Assembly (NCBI GenBank): GCA_973895155.1
Contig: OZ316895.1
Location: 23,386,558 to 23,450,557 of the forward strand
Reading direction: 5' to 3'
Length of the DNA stretch: 64,000 nucleotides
Source of the DNA: Marsupella aquatica
Lineage: Eukaryota; Plantae; Marchantiophyta
The notes beneath the pieces were generated by a model. The model did not search any database. It was not told where the DNA came from and saw only the letters and a list, made by a program, of their open reading frames with translations. The position numbers and the translations under genes are program-made. Positions 12,663-24,680 of this stretch are shown here, piece after piece (the first letter of the stretch is position 1; every line of letters starts with the position of its first letter).

Positions 12663-14934
12663 CTTTCCTGGAGAGTGGGTTCCACGGAAATACACAATAG
12701 TATACTACTCGCAATGGACCAGAAAACATGACGAGCTGGAGCTCCTTCTAGTTCCATGGCATAGTTTAGGGAAGGCCGTTACCGACTATCTTCGGCCCAT
12801 AACTCCCTGTTTGCATTATGGCCTATAGATGCTGGAAACGTACAGTACAAGTAGACAGGATAACAAATTTTTTGGAAGATCTGGTATCGTGTCGCCTTTC
12901 TCTTGCGTTCGCCATGCACTTACTGGGTCCTTTCCATTTCAGGAACTACGGTAGTGCGTTAGAACAGTATCTATCAATCAATCTGTACTTTGCTAAGTGA
13001 ACGTTGTTACACTGACTTTGCAGATTCTCTCTTACAAAGCTTGCAGATTCTTGCTTCTAAAAAGCTTTATGAAATCACATGACTTCCACCAAACGAACCT
13101 TCGGGTTCGCTGATCTAAGAGAGTCACATGTCAAGGCCCTAGAGAACGTAATAATAGTCTAGCATCGTGGAACTCCAAAGGTGCTTTCGGGAGTAACGCG
13201 GTGAGTCCCAGAAGGGGATGGGTGTATGTGTACGTGATGTACACATCGTCGTCAATTATTGTCAGTCACAATGCTTCAGCGCCACACAACTTCATGCCGT
13301 AACTACGCCAGTGATGACATCAAAAGTACCGAGCCAGCTAAATTTAGATTTGATAGGTCCAGGTCACGTTATGACGAAGACTGTCTATATGTCAGAACAC
13401 TTTTTACCAACCACACGGCAATGAACTGTAAGCTAGGTAGTGCAAGCCCAAGCAGTATCATACATTATCATAACATCCAAAATTGGTCAACGAGCCAGTA
13501 ACATAAATTTCAAATCAAAACATTACACACGATATTGATTCACAACTCCAAGGAAATGGTCATGTCGAAGCACTGACCGAAAGCGAATGCACGCTCTCAA
13601 ATGAGGGAGCAGCAAAACAGTAAATTAGGGAAATTACGTCTCATTGAAGAACAATCGGGGAGTAATCTTTACAAAAATCTTATAACCAATTACATTCATA
13701 AGAAGGTTTGGTGGGTCAGACACCAGTTGTTACAGCTACGCTATTGTCAACAAGATTTCTCTTATTGTAGTATCATTTGATAGGGTAACATCTCTGAACG
13801 AAAGCATATCTGAGTTCAACCATGTTCAACGGGGGAACTAGCAGATCGCACAGGTAGCAAAGATAAATTATCTTCTCACGAAAAGAAAGCCAATGAGGAG
13901 AAAAGACCCCCATCACAGCAGCTGCTATGTGCATTCCCATGACAGGGGGTTGTGCCCAATCATTCGTGCAGAGCCGCGAAATAGGCAACTCCTGGTTATT
14001 GCGAAGGCAAATCCTCATAGAAAGGGGCGGTTGGCTCTGTAATGTCAGTACTTGACTAGAAGCCAATCTCTTCTGTACGAGCGAGACTTAACTACCTGAC
14101 TCTCATACCGTACCTTTTTCTATTTTTCCGCCATTCTTTACTGAAAATCCAGAGGAGAAACAAGTGATGAGATACTGTAAGTTGCGTACATGATAAATAA
14201 TGATAACTTCTCCTGGAGCAACAGTTCTTTGGCTTTCCTTCGTGAAAAAATAAACAATCCTGTTGCTGCTACACACATGTCTCAGAATGCTGCTTATTGG
14301 CGAGCAAATAATCGATAAATTGAAGCGGATCTTAGATATGCACATTGTCTTGCCCCTCCTGAGAACCAGTGTCTGATTCTGCCCTGTCGCTCGATGCCTA
14401 ATTTCGAATATTCCAGCACCGCTCACAATCGACCAGAACCAGCCCAACTGTAGTTCCCAGAATAAAAAATCCCTGCTCCAGTGATAGTGACACTACACTG
14501 GACAAGATATTAAAAGTAGAATCGAGTCTGCCACACTATACCTTCATCATCAGTCAAATCTATCTTTTCTGGACAACTGCAACACCGCCTGCTTCCCAAA
14601 ACGCCGTCAACACATTGGGTGTTCCAGTGCCCACCATAATAACCATGTCTCTTATTATCTACAACAGCCTCTGAGTGTGATGTAGTCTGAAGCGCGCATC
14701 CTATCAATTCATACTGCTCACCGAGGCTGAAGCGGCAGCCGCAACTTGATTGTGAGCCAGATGAATTAGAACCAACCGGAGCATGAGGCTGGTTCACCTT
14801 TTGCTGGGAAGGGAGAGAAAAGGAAGGGAGAGAATTGGTTGGGTAAACTACATCCAAATGTCAGATGTTCTTCTAGCCGATGCGGACTTGGGATCGGGGG
14901 AGTATGTACTGGCGAGAGCTAACTACTAGGTCCG

Positions 14935-17900
14935 TCAACAGTTGATGCCACAAGCAGTTAGGTCGGGACCGCTAACCTTTGCCAGGAACGGATCTATCCG
15001 CACCCACAATAGGGAGAAGATGGAAGCCAAAAGGATCGACCACACGATAATGATAGTGGGCGTTCTGTTCTGCCTTCCCATCAAACCCTTCAGGAAGGGG
15101 TACAAATGTACGATCACCCAAAAGGCGAAGAAAAGTTTTCCGAAGAGAGGGCCCCAAGATTGATATCCGTTGTTAACAGCATCAGAAATTCCAGCAACAA
15201 CTCCAACCATGTTGACGATAAGGAGAGTTGTTGGGGGAATCAGCAGAGTTGTGAACTTGAACAAGTACAGTTCAGCAAAACCTTCATCATCAGCTTGCTT
15301 CGATGTGACAGTAAAGTTGGTATCAATACCGGCCAACACCTTCAGCAGACCTTGGAATAAAGCGAAAAGATGGGATGATACACCTCCGATAACCCAAAAC
15401 TGCTCGTTCCTCCACCATTCATCAATTCCTACTCCAGACCACCTCAGCTCCAGAAGACCAGTAGCGAAAATGGAAAGGAAGAGGGAAATAAACCACAAAC
15501 TGGCAAAGTTGCTAATCTGCAATGTAAGAGAAAATCTTGTGTTAATGTCCCAATACTGCACAACCTCACAATACCCAAAATTCACCAAGACAAGAACAAG
15601 AACTGAATCACCCAACAATTCACAACCTCAAAATTACCGGATTTTCAAGAGTGGGAGGAAAAGAGCCCAGCTGACCAAGATTCACATCACAGAAAACAAC
15701 ACTTACCGTGGGAATGATGAACTTTCCGGTGAGCAGACAGATGGCCGGAAGCGTGCAGTAGGCAACCAGGGGCAACGACGTAAGAGGATAGACGATGGTG
15801 GCAATGTAGGCAAGTCTCTCCAAACACTTCAGTTGACCGCCATATCCATACCAAAGAGGACAATGCCTGCTAAGCAAAATCTCAACGGAACCCAGGGCCC
15901 ATCGAAGCACTTGGTGAAGACGATCCGAAAGATTGATAGGGGCAGAACCCTTGAATGCAGGCCTGTGGGGCATGCAGTAGATTGACCGCCAACCTCGGGT
16001 GTGCATCTTGAAACCAGTCAAAATATCCTCTGTAACTGATCCGTAGATCCAACCAATCTGGAGGGAGAAGAATACAATGTCAGCAGTGTGTCGTAGCATA
16101 GACAGACACGAAGGCAAACAGGTGTGGTAATCGTCACGGCAGAATATGCACGCACAAGGGGACGGCACCTTACCTCTTTTCCCCACTCAGACTTGTCCTC
16201 ATAACCGCAACTAATCACATGAATAGCTTCCTTCAGTAATGATCCGGCATTCGCACTGTGAGGCACACCGCCATTCTCCAAGAGAGTGGAAGCGATCAGC
16301 ACCGGAGACTGTCCAAACCTCTTCTCAAAATTTTTCATGGTCATGAGCGAAGACCTCTCATCAAGCTCCATTCCTACAAATGAGGATAAAAATGCGTGTA
16401 AGAAAAGAACTCGAGAAGGCCGAGGTAACGTTATTCAGCTAGTAATGCGGTGCAAGGAGAACTTCTAGTATGACTGCAATCAATGTGGTAATCCATACCC
16501 TCTTCAATGTCCTCCAGGTTGAAAATTGGTATAGTAGAATCAGTACGTGCTGGCGCCTTCTTGTTCTGTTTTTTGTTCCTCTTGTTTTGTTTCGCGGAAG
16601 GCCTATTTTGCTTTCCCTTGCGAGGTCCACAGCAGAACGATGAGCAGCAACCGCTCTTCTTGTGTTTATCATTCTCCTTCTGTGGAGGCTCATAACCATA
16701 CAGGGCGTGCCTTCTGAAAACACATCCAGTACCCACGTACACTGGACCTTGGATACCATCCAGACCCTTCAAGTTAATCTGCAAGACGAAAAGAGCGTGG
16801 GAGTGAGAAACTCATTCCAACGGGCACATTACTCTGAAATTGACAGTCGGATCTTCCCGGGAGTTCCCAACTCACACCATTGTGAAAAGGATGAGCCTTG
16901 GGAGAGCGAAATCTTACATCGAAAAACACCGTATTGTGATTGGCATATCGATCGTTTCTATCAATACCATCGAATCTCTGCGGGAACTGGACGTAGCAAC
17001 ATCTTTTGCCGACCGTCGGATCCATGTGGAAGCACATAGCCTCTCGAAGAGCCTGACTGTTGTTGATGTAATGATCACAATCCAGATTGAGCATGTATGG
17101 GGCATTGGTCAGGACTGCTGACACTCGCACCTGAACAAAAAGCAAGTCCGCACATTAAAACATAGCTCACGTTGCCTCCAAGTCGGATCCTTCAGGCAAG
17201 AAGCTTCAGACAGTGCCCTCGAGAGTAGAGGCAGAGCTTCCATCGCCAGTGGGCTACTTACCAGAGCGTTCATGGCACCAGCCTTTTTGTGATGATTGAA
17301 GCCAGGCCGTTTCTCCCTGGATACGTACACCAAGCGAGGAAGTTCGTTCCCTTCAGTGTCATGACCACCGCTGTGACCAAGGAACACTTGAATCATGCCA
17401 GGATGGTCCCTGGTATTATTTCCAGGCCAGGGGGTACCATCCTGCATGGTCCATCCCTCCTCAGGGACTTTCAGAGCTTTAGCGACCAGAGCATTGACAC
17501 GAACCTTGAATTCTTCGTACTCTCTCTGCACAGCCGCAATAAAAGAAAAGGTAAATTTCTTGAAATCTGTCCAGATTCTCAAAAAAAAACTAACATTTGA
17601 GAACGGAGTGAACATTTGAGTATAATGCTTAGACGGTAGTACCTTCATTGCTCGCCTCTCCTTCACGAATGTGGGCTGGATCTTGTCTTTCAGATAGTCC
17701 ATCTTTTGGGCAAAGTACATCTCAGGTGCTCGTGGCTCGATGAGGAATTTCTTACAGAAAGGCACCCACTTGCGGGCAAATTCGGAGGTTTCAGACAGAC
17801 TCTCGAAGGTGAGCATAGCAGCACCATCGTCAGAAACATAGCAAGACACCTTGTCTACGGGATAATCCACGGACAGGATCGAGAGCACCGTATTGGCAGT

Positions 17901-20804
17901 GACAAGGGGAGGTTCCTTCAAGGGATCCACTGTACTCACGTAGATGTCCACAGAAGAGAGCTGGGAGGCTTCGCCTTCCTTCTCATATCTGCATGAGAGA
18001 AAACATCAGTCAACAATACAACCCGCGGGAAGACAAACGAGTGATCAAAGCTCAAGCTTCGCATTCCACAACTACGAGGGGACAGGGCGTTCAAGTCACG
18101 ACAAATCAAAGGCACGCAACCAAATGTGCTGCAAGGTCACCTGAGGGAAAGCCTGTCCAAGTAAGTCTCACGGTTGATAGGGGACCACTTTGGGAACTGA
18201 TCGAGAATCCAGGAAACGGCAAACCAAATCTCACACACGACTGACGTGAGCCACAATCCGTAGGCAGAATTGACTGGGTTCAAAATTCGGTAGCGGAAAA
18301 AGAAGCCGATCACGACGAGACGGATGACAATCAGCATTCTGTAAGGATTGATTTTGCTGGAGGCAATCGGCACCTTCCTAGAGAGCGGCTGCCTCGCCTC
18401 GTCCATACTGCAACGTCCACAATAAATAAGTGTCAAACGACAAGACAACAGCACAAAGAAAGAAGTGGATTCGTCGTGCTACAAATCGAGGATACCTTTC
18501 AGTCGTCTCTCTACACAAATGGCGTCCAGAAGAGTAAACTTACACAGGCAGGTCAGGGCCAGTCGCGTGGTCATCGGGCTCTCCCTTGTTGCTGGTCAAA
18601 TGTTGGCCTCCCTCGGTCATCATCATCTGCATTTTGTCCTGCCTCTGTTTCCAACTATCCACTCTCTCCTTCCAAGCCACGGTCCCGTATCCGTAGGCAG
18701 CCAAATCCTTCGTGGGGTCCATGGGCCTCGCCCCTTGCACTGGAGCATAACAAACAGCTACTGTAAGGCAACCGAATAGCTTCACATCCGGAACTGACCA
18801 CACTAAGGATCAATGACAATGCAACACAACGAACTCTGTTCAATGTAGAAATGTACCTGACGAAACACTACTGGGAGAATCGATGAAGGGCATGGGGTGC
18901 ACACGCTTTCCTCCACCACCCATGCCGGGAGGAACCATGAGGGCTTGATGGTCAGTAGGCAGAGTACCTGGCGCACCTGGCGCATCGCTGCTAGCCTGAA
19001 CACCACAACAAGCAGTGACGTCCGAATGTTTGAGCTATCGCTTTAGAACCAGTGAGCAACAACTTGCTAACACCGGAGACAAGTCACACACAGTATGACG
19101 GCTGGGCTAGTGAGCACCGAAGTGAACCCGTCAGAACCTATAGTTGGACTGAAAACAGAGCTCGGAGGAGAATTCCGTTCACAGGAAACAATCACTTACC
19201 GTCTGGGTGCCATTGGTGAGAAGTGGGTACTGCGGCTGCAAGGGTGTTGTCATGTAAGAGGAGGGAAGGTTGTCGTCATCGGGTCGTCCATAAGTCATCC
19301 GCCCCGTGAGCATCGCTTCAGTAACTTGCTGCTGATCCTGCTTATCGATATCGGCATAGTTGAACTCATGCTCCAAGTCATCTGTATCTTCCTCTTCGTC
19401 ATCACCATTGGTTCGAGGACTCCCTGCTTCCCACAGAGGTCACCATATATTAGCAGACGAAGCAAAGACTCTGTGTGCGAGAGGGAGCTTTGTGAGAGAA
19501 ACTCATGGCTACGCCCGAACGAGCTCCCTACCGTGACCCTACGAATGCATAAGCCTTCACGGTTCCATTACCAGCACAGGTTCTAAAGGATGCTCCACGA
19601 GGTCTACACGAACACCAACCATCATAACGAATTGCAAATCATCAAATTTCGGTGACTTTTCGAGCAACTATCGCGCCCAGTGACCAATCCTCGATCAGTG
19701 CAGCTGACTACTACGAGTACGTTGCGTCACACTTGTCAACAATGGGGCAACGTGGGCAACAGTAGCGGCACCACGGCTGATGACAAGCATGATCCACGCC
19801 AGATGAGAGTTTTCGTGAAATTGCGGTTCACAGGTGATTCCTTCGCAAAAATCCCGTACTGACTGATGTGGGAGGTCCCCGAAGCGCATGATCATTACCA
19901 GAGCGATGGGCTGCTAAGAGTACTCTTCTGAGCGAGAAGGGTCACCGGCAATCCGAGAAGTAAGACCTACCTCTGTGGCGTTTGTATCGGGTTTTGCACT
20001 GAGGACAGGTTTGGTTCCCGTCCTTGCGCTCATACTCGTAGCATGGCCTGCACACGGGGAACGCGCATTCATTGCAAGCAACGAACAACTCGCCAGCGGA
20101 CGTAATGCCAACATCGTCTCCACATATCTGGCAGATATGGCCGTTGACGTGATTCAGCGGCCGCGGCTGCAAGACGAGACGAGACCCACATTAGTAAGGA
20201 CGAGATTCTCACAACTTCTTCGGAGAGACACAAAACAGCTCGGAACGAAATCCGGACTGGGAAGACCAGAAATGTGATATGAATTCGTAGATCTCAGTGC
20301 ATGAATGGTACACTCCATATGTGCAAGGTGCCAAGCTCGCTTAGAAAGGAACTCCCGGCATGTGAAAGCCCGTGCCTAACTCAATGCCACAAGCCATGTC
20401 ATGTTTCCGCTGTACCAAATCCACTGTAGCCAAAGTAGCCAACTAAACCACCGGCACCAAAGGTGACAACGAGCACGGCGTGATAATCTGACCAACATTC
20501 CAGATCCCGTGATCGGTGCCATATCTCCTTTCGACCCACGATGCACATTACATTCACACCACACAGACCCCTCTAAGCTCCGTGCCTGGGCTCTATCCAC
20601 AAATGCACCAGATCCCAACACGGACAACCTCTTCTCAGCATTTCACAACAATTCCCTGGAAAGCGGTTGGTACGAGTACAGTGAGACCGGCACCACTACT
20701 ACAACACGCTTGGTGCTCGTACGTACCCCATCGTGCTCAGGCCTGATGACAACGAGTTCATTCCTGTTGTGGGAGCCCGCAATGAGCCCTCCTCCGGCCT
20801 CCAT
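14935..20804 (-). CDS. CESA: Cellulose synthase A catalytic subunit, complete, 13 coding exons, 1111 aa
   Basis: Exons in transcript order: 20804-20727, 20166-19971, 19423-19200, 18995-18857, 18739-18544, 18407-18141, 17988-17643, 17525-17262, 17130-16918, 16778-16499, 16373-16174, 16057-15707, 15516-14935; total 3336 nt, all introns GT..AG. N-terminus [21 protein letters not shown], zinc finger [33 protein letters not shown], motifs SDDG, DCD, TED and QVLRW, C-terminus CGINC. Confidence 0.98.
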
Positions 20805-21216
20805 TTCCTGTTCTCACTGCTAGTGAGTGATCCTTTAGCGCCCGCCCCTACTCCAGTCCAACTATCAATGCAGACCCCTGCTTCCCTTGACGCTACCCTC
20901 AATATTCATTTCCTGTCATGCACATGATCCGACAGGCAAAAGACAGACAACAGCTTCCGCTTCTTCTCAGTGATGTTGTCACACGAGGATGCTACGTGAA
21001 AATCGCAGCAGCAACATGAATCGGTGTGCATTCAAGGCCGGCAGGTATCGCACTTGGGCCTAGATTGTATATACAATCCTCACACGACCATTGCCAAAAC
21101 AGGCACGGGGGGAGGAAGAGGACAGACTCCACAAGTAGTAGCTCTCGGCCTCAGAAGCACCTCGTCTTCTGGACGACCGCCTGCCCTTCTACTCAACTCT
21201 CAGCTCCAGGCAGCTG

Positions 21217-21224
21217 ATATATAG
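21217..21224 (-). promoter_or_regulatory. Candidate TATA box of CesA
   Basis: ctatatat on the minus strand ~410 bp upstream of the ATG, preceded by pyrimidine-rich (CT) tracts. Confidence 0.4.
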
Positions 21225-22216
21225 AATGGGGGGAGTGGGAGGGGATATTAGTAAAGTAGTAAGCAGAAGAGGAAGGAGAGCAGAGGAATCCACGAAGGAA
21301 TCCCACCCAAGTTTCTTACAGGGTTTCACTCTCAATCAACCAGCTAGAAGTTAGAAGAAGACGATGATGATGATAGCTCACCACCACCTGAGTGTTGGCA
21401 AAAAGCAGCAATCATCCATCCCCCGGGAAAAGAAGGAGGCCCTCGCTTCCGTCCCTCACTACTAGCTATAGCCTAATCAGTCAGTCAGTCAACCCGTCAA
21501 CAAAGAGAGCGAGAGGGTAGTGGGCCTGCCCTGGCCTGGCCTGGCCTGGCCTGGAACTAAAGGTCCCTCTTCCCAGTCAGTGAGTGATTTCAATCAATCA
21601 CTGATCAACATTGCCTTGAGGTGGCTGGCTGGCCCCCTTGCAATCGCAATGAATGACAAACACCTCCTCACTGGCTTTCGCTATAAACAAATGCTCGCCC
21701 GGACCGACACCCTACCCCACCCCTCCTCCATCCTGCACCCCACCACCAGCCAGGCCAGCCAGCCTACTCCTCTCCCTACTGCTCTCTTGCGCTGCCTCCT
21801 TCCTTCCTTCCCAAGGATGGAAAACGGGATGACACTGACGAAGAGTGGATGGAGAGATGGACGGATTTGGAACGGGAGGACGGGCGCAGAGCAGCTCGAT
21901 CACTGTGTGCTTCCAGAGGAAGCTGGCATGATTGAATTCAGAGCTCCATAAGCGGAAGCTTACTGCAGACACAACAGCAAACCAAGGCACGAGACACCAG
22001 CACAAGAGGACGGCGCTGAGTGCCTGAGCTGGGCTGGAGCTGGCATCGAGTTTCATGCCGCGATGGAAAGGGATTTCATCTGACGCAAAAAGCTGTCCAT
22101 GTGACTTTTGCGGCTCGGGACTTTCGTTTCCGTCACTTCGACATACTCTGTGTGATGTAACGCCACGGGAAAAACGGGGGGACTAAGCTCCCGCCAAAAG
22201 AAAGAGGGGTCCTAAC

Positions 22217-22527
22217 CAGCCTTTTTTAGTGGCGATAATTAGCTCCATTTCACCCCTCCAAAAAGCCTTTGCCACTTTAGGCAAAACTTGGCGAGGTTTT
22301 CTGTACCCTCTAAAAAAGTCTCGGCCACTTTTTTGCAAAAATTAGGCAGTTTCCTGCCTTGTCATAGACCTCAATAGCCAGAATCTAGTGGTCATACTTA
22401 AATCTAGGGACATCGGACAGTCATGAATTAATCTTGGAAAATTGAATGAGGAATGGTCCTAGCTTCTTCTCCCTTCACATTTGCTACACTGGTGAAAATG
22501 AAAAAAAAAACCTTTAAAATTACGTTG
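22217..22527 (+). mobile_element. hAT-like MITE, family B copy
   Basis: Starts cagcctttttt..agtggcg and aligns along its length with the 51295 copy; flanks gtcctaac / gtcctgga share 5 of 8 nt, consistent with a decayed TSD. Confidence 0.7.
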
Positions 22528-24039
22528 GTCCTGGAGGTCAGAATTTTAGTATAGTAGTGGTAACATATTTTGCTATAACTATTCAATAACCAAGACTTTT
22601 GCAAGTGATCAGTTTAGTTTTTCCAGCCAAAATGTTTCTCAGTCTATTTCTCTATGAACTTTGGGGACACCTAGCCAAAACCTGTGCTTCCTGGGAAACC
22701 ATCCTATAGTTTGTGCAAAAACTTATTCCTATTATTATTTTGGATCTGCCTGACAAACTGTTTTAGAGGACTTGTGAAATTTGGAAAGAATTTTGTGATG
22801 GGAAGAATATTCTAAGCATCTTGATGTAACAATATTTTTGAGTGTATGTATTTTTTGCAGTTAAAAATCAAAAACAAGAAAATAATATTTTGAAGTTGCA
22901 GTGCTTTCTAGAATAAAATAAATAATTGGTATTCGGCACATGTACTGTATTACCTCTGTGATGCCACTCCGCATAATTGCAAAGAGAAGCTAGAGTAAGG
23001 GCTATGATCTAGAGTGAAGCCTATAGTCCGTGACTCTAGTTAAGCTCAAGGGATACCATTTTGTGGGGGTGTGAGCTCCCTTTTGTTCTCACCAATTATT
23101 GAGGTCCAAAAGCCAGGCTTGAGGCTAATGATGAAAAAGGTTGTTGGTTGGAGACCATTCCACCCACCAAATGTGGAGGACTCTAGAGGGGGGAGAAATA
23201 TGGCACCAACAAAGTTTTGGGCATGGAAAAAATGGGCAAGTTACCCACACTATCACTTGTGCAAGCTGCCATGACCATGGGCAGAAAGGCAAGTTGTTGA
23301 GATGAAAAAGAGAAGTGGCAAGGTGCACAAGAGGTGCATAAATTCATGTTTTCCTCGATAGCTTTGCTACCCCTGCTGCTGCTAGCCAGTATTCAAGTTA
23401 CTGTGCCCCATCAGTTTGGGGATGGTCTTGTGATGGCAAGTAAAATCTCAAATAAGCATTTTCTCCCAGAGCACTTCGCTTTGCCGAATGGGATGGGCAA
23501 GCCTCTCACAGAGGAGTTTGTATGAGCTTTGTTGTTCTCGTCTTGATGAATAACTATTATGTGGGAAAGCTTTGCATAAACCTGCCATGTATTTCCTGTG
23601 CTGTACTTTGGTTGTCTCTCCTTTGTTGGGTCTTTTGCCTGTGGGATCATGTCTCTCCATTGGGCACCAAATTTTTGGGAGTTTGAAATATCAGGCCGGT
23701 CATATGCTAGAAATCCAGATGTGGGAACCACCTGATGAGTGAAGTACCATAGGGAACATCAGGTCCCCTCAGGGGTTCCTGCATGATCCGTTGGGCAACA
23801 AGTTCCTTTTGTAAATTACACTGCAATGCCAAAATCAACCTCTAGATTTTATTTGTTTTAACTTTAATAACAAGTAATACACTGATCAATCATTGCCTCA
23901 CAATCAAATAGTCAGAACTTTACTACCCATATATTGGATTTCCCCCCGAAGCATCACCTAAAATGTTGTCCCACAAATAACAAAATTCTCTAATTTATCA
24001 TTTTTCAGCCAACCTTATAGTCCCTATCTTAGTAACCAG

Positions 24040-24383
24040 TAGAGGGTGTCAAAACCTCAAAATTTGATGGACTTTAAGTTAACAATTAAGGTTACAGATT
24101 AGAAAAATTATGGACTACCAAATGAATAAGTTGTCTCAAGGCTTCAAAGTTGAGGACAATGGCTTTTGTCCATAAGCAAACGGCCGTAACTCTCTCACAG
24201 GGTTATGCAAAAGTATTTGTTTATTTTCACTAGCCTCTAGACAGACTTGTGGTATAATGGCATATGATCAATTCTTGTGGCAAAAATTCATGGATTATGA
24301 ATTTGATCGTCCATAACTTTTTCTATCTAAAAACTTAACAACTAAGTTAAAGTACTTCAAATTTGAAGCTTTGACACACCCTA
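24040..24383. mobile_element. TA-flanked MITE, family A (Tc1/mariner-type), ~85-bp imperfect TIRs
   Basis: Left end tagagggtgtcaaaacctcaaaatttgatggactttaagtta..ttatggactaccaaat; right end reverse complement tagggtgtgtcaaagcttcaaatttgaagtactttaactta..ttatggacgatcaaat; TA at both ends. Confidence 0.8.
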
Positions 24384-24680
24384 ACTTTACATAACTTTGT
24401 GCTGTAGAGATTGGTCATATACCATTAACATGAGCAACTGTTGAGGCTACTAAAAAAACCAAAAACAAAACTTTTATATGACCCCTGAAAAAGCTATGGC
24501 TCGTTCAGTAAATTCACAAAGACTCGGTGGGCCATGCGTTACCGGGCCCCGGGAACCCGGGCTGCAAACGAGAGCTTGTGGTGGCCGGAGTTGCGTTTTA
24601 CGTCGTTTCGCCGTCTTCCCGAAAACGAGGACATCGCGACGAATCGCCGCAAAACATGAAAGGAGCCCCACAACGCCCAC

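Noticed and set aside
14942-20277. Many plus-strand ORFs over CesA (e.g. 15170-15985, 19095-19586)
   Set aside because: Antisense shadows of CesA exons.
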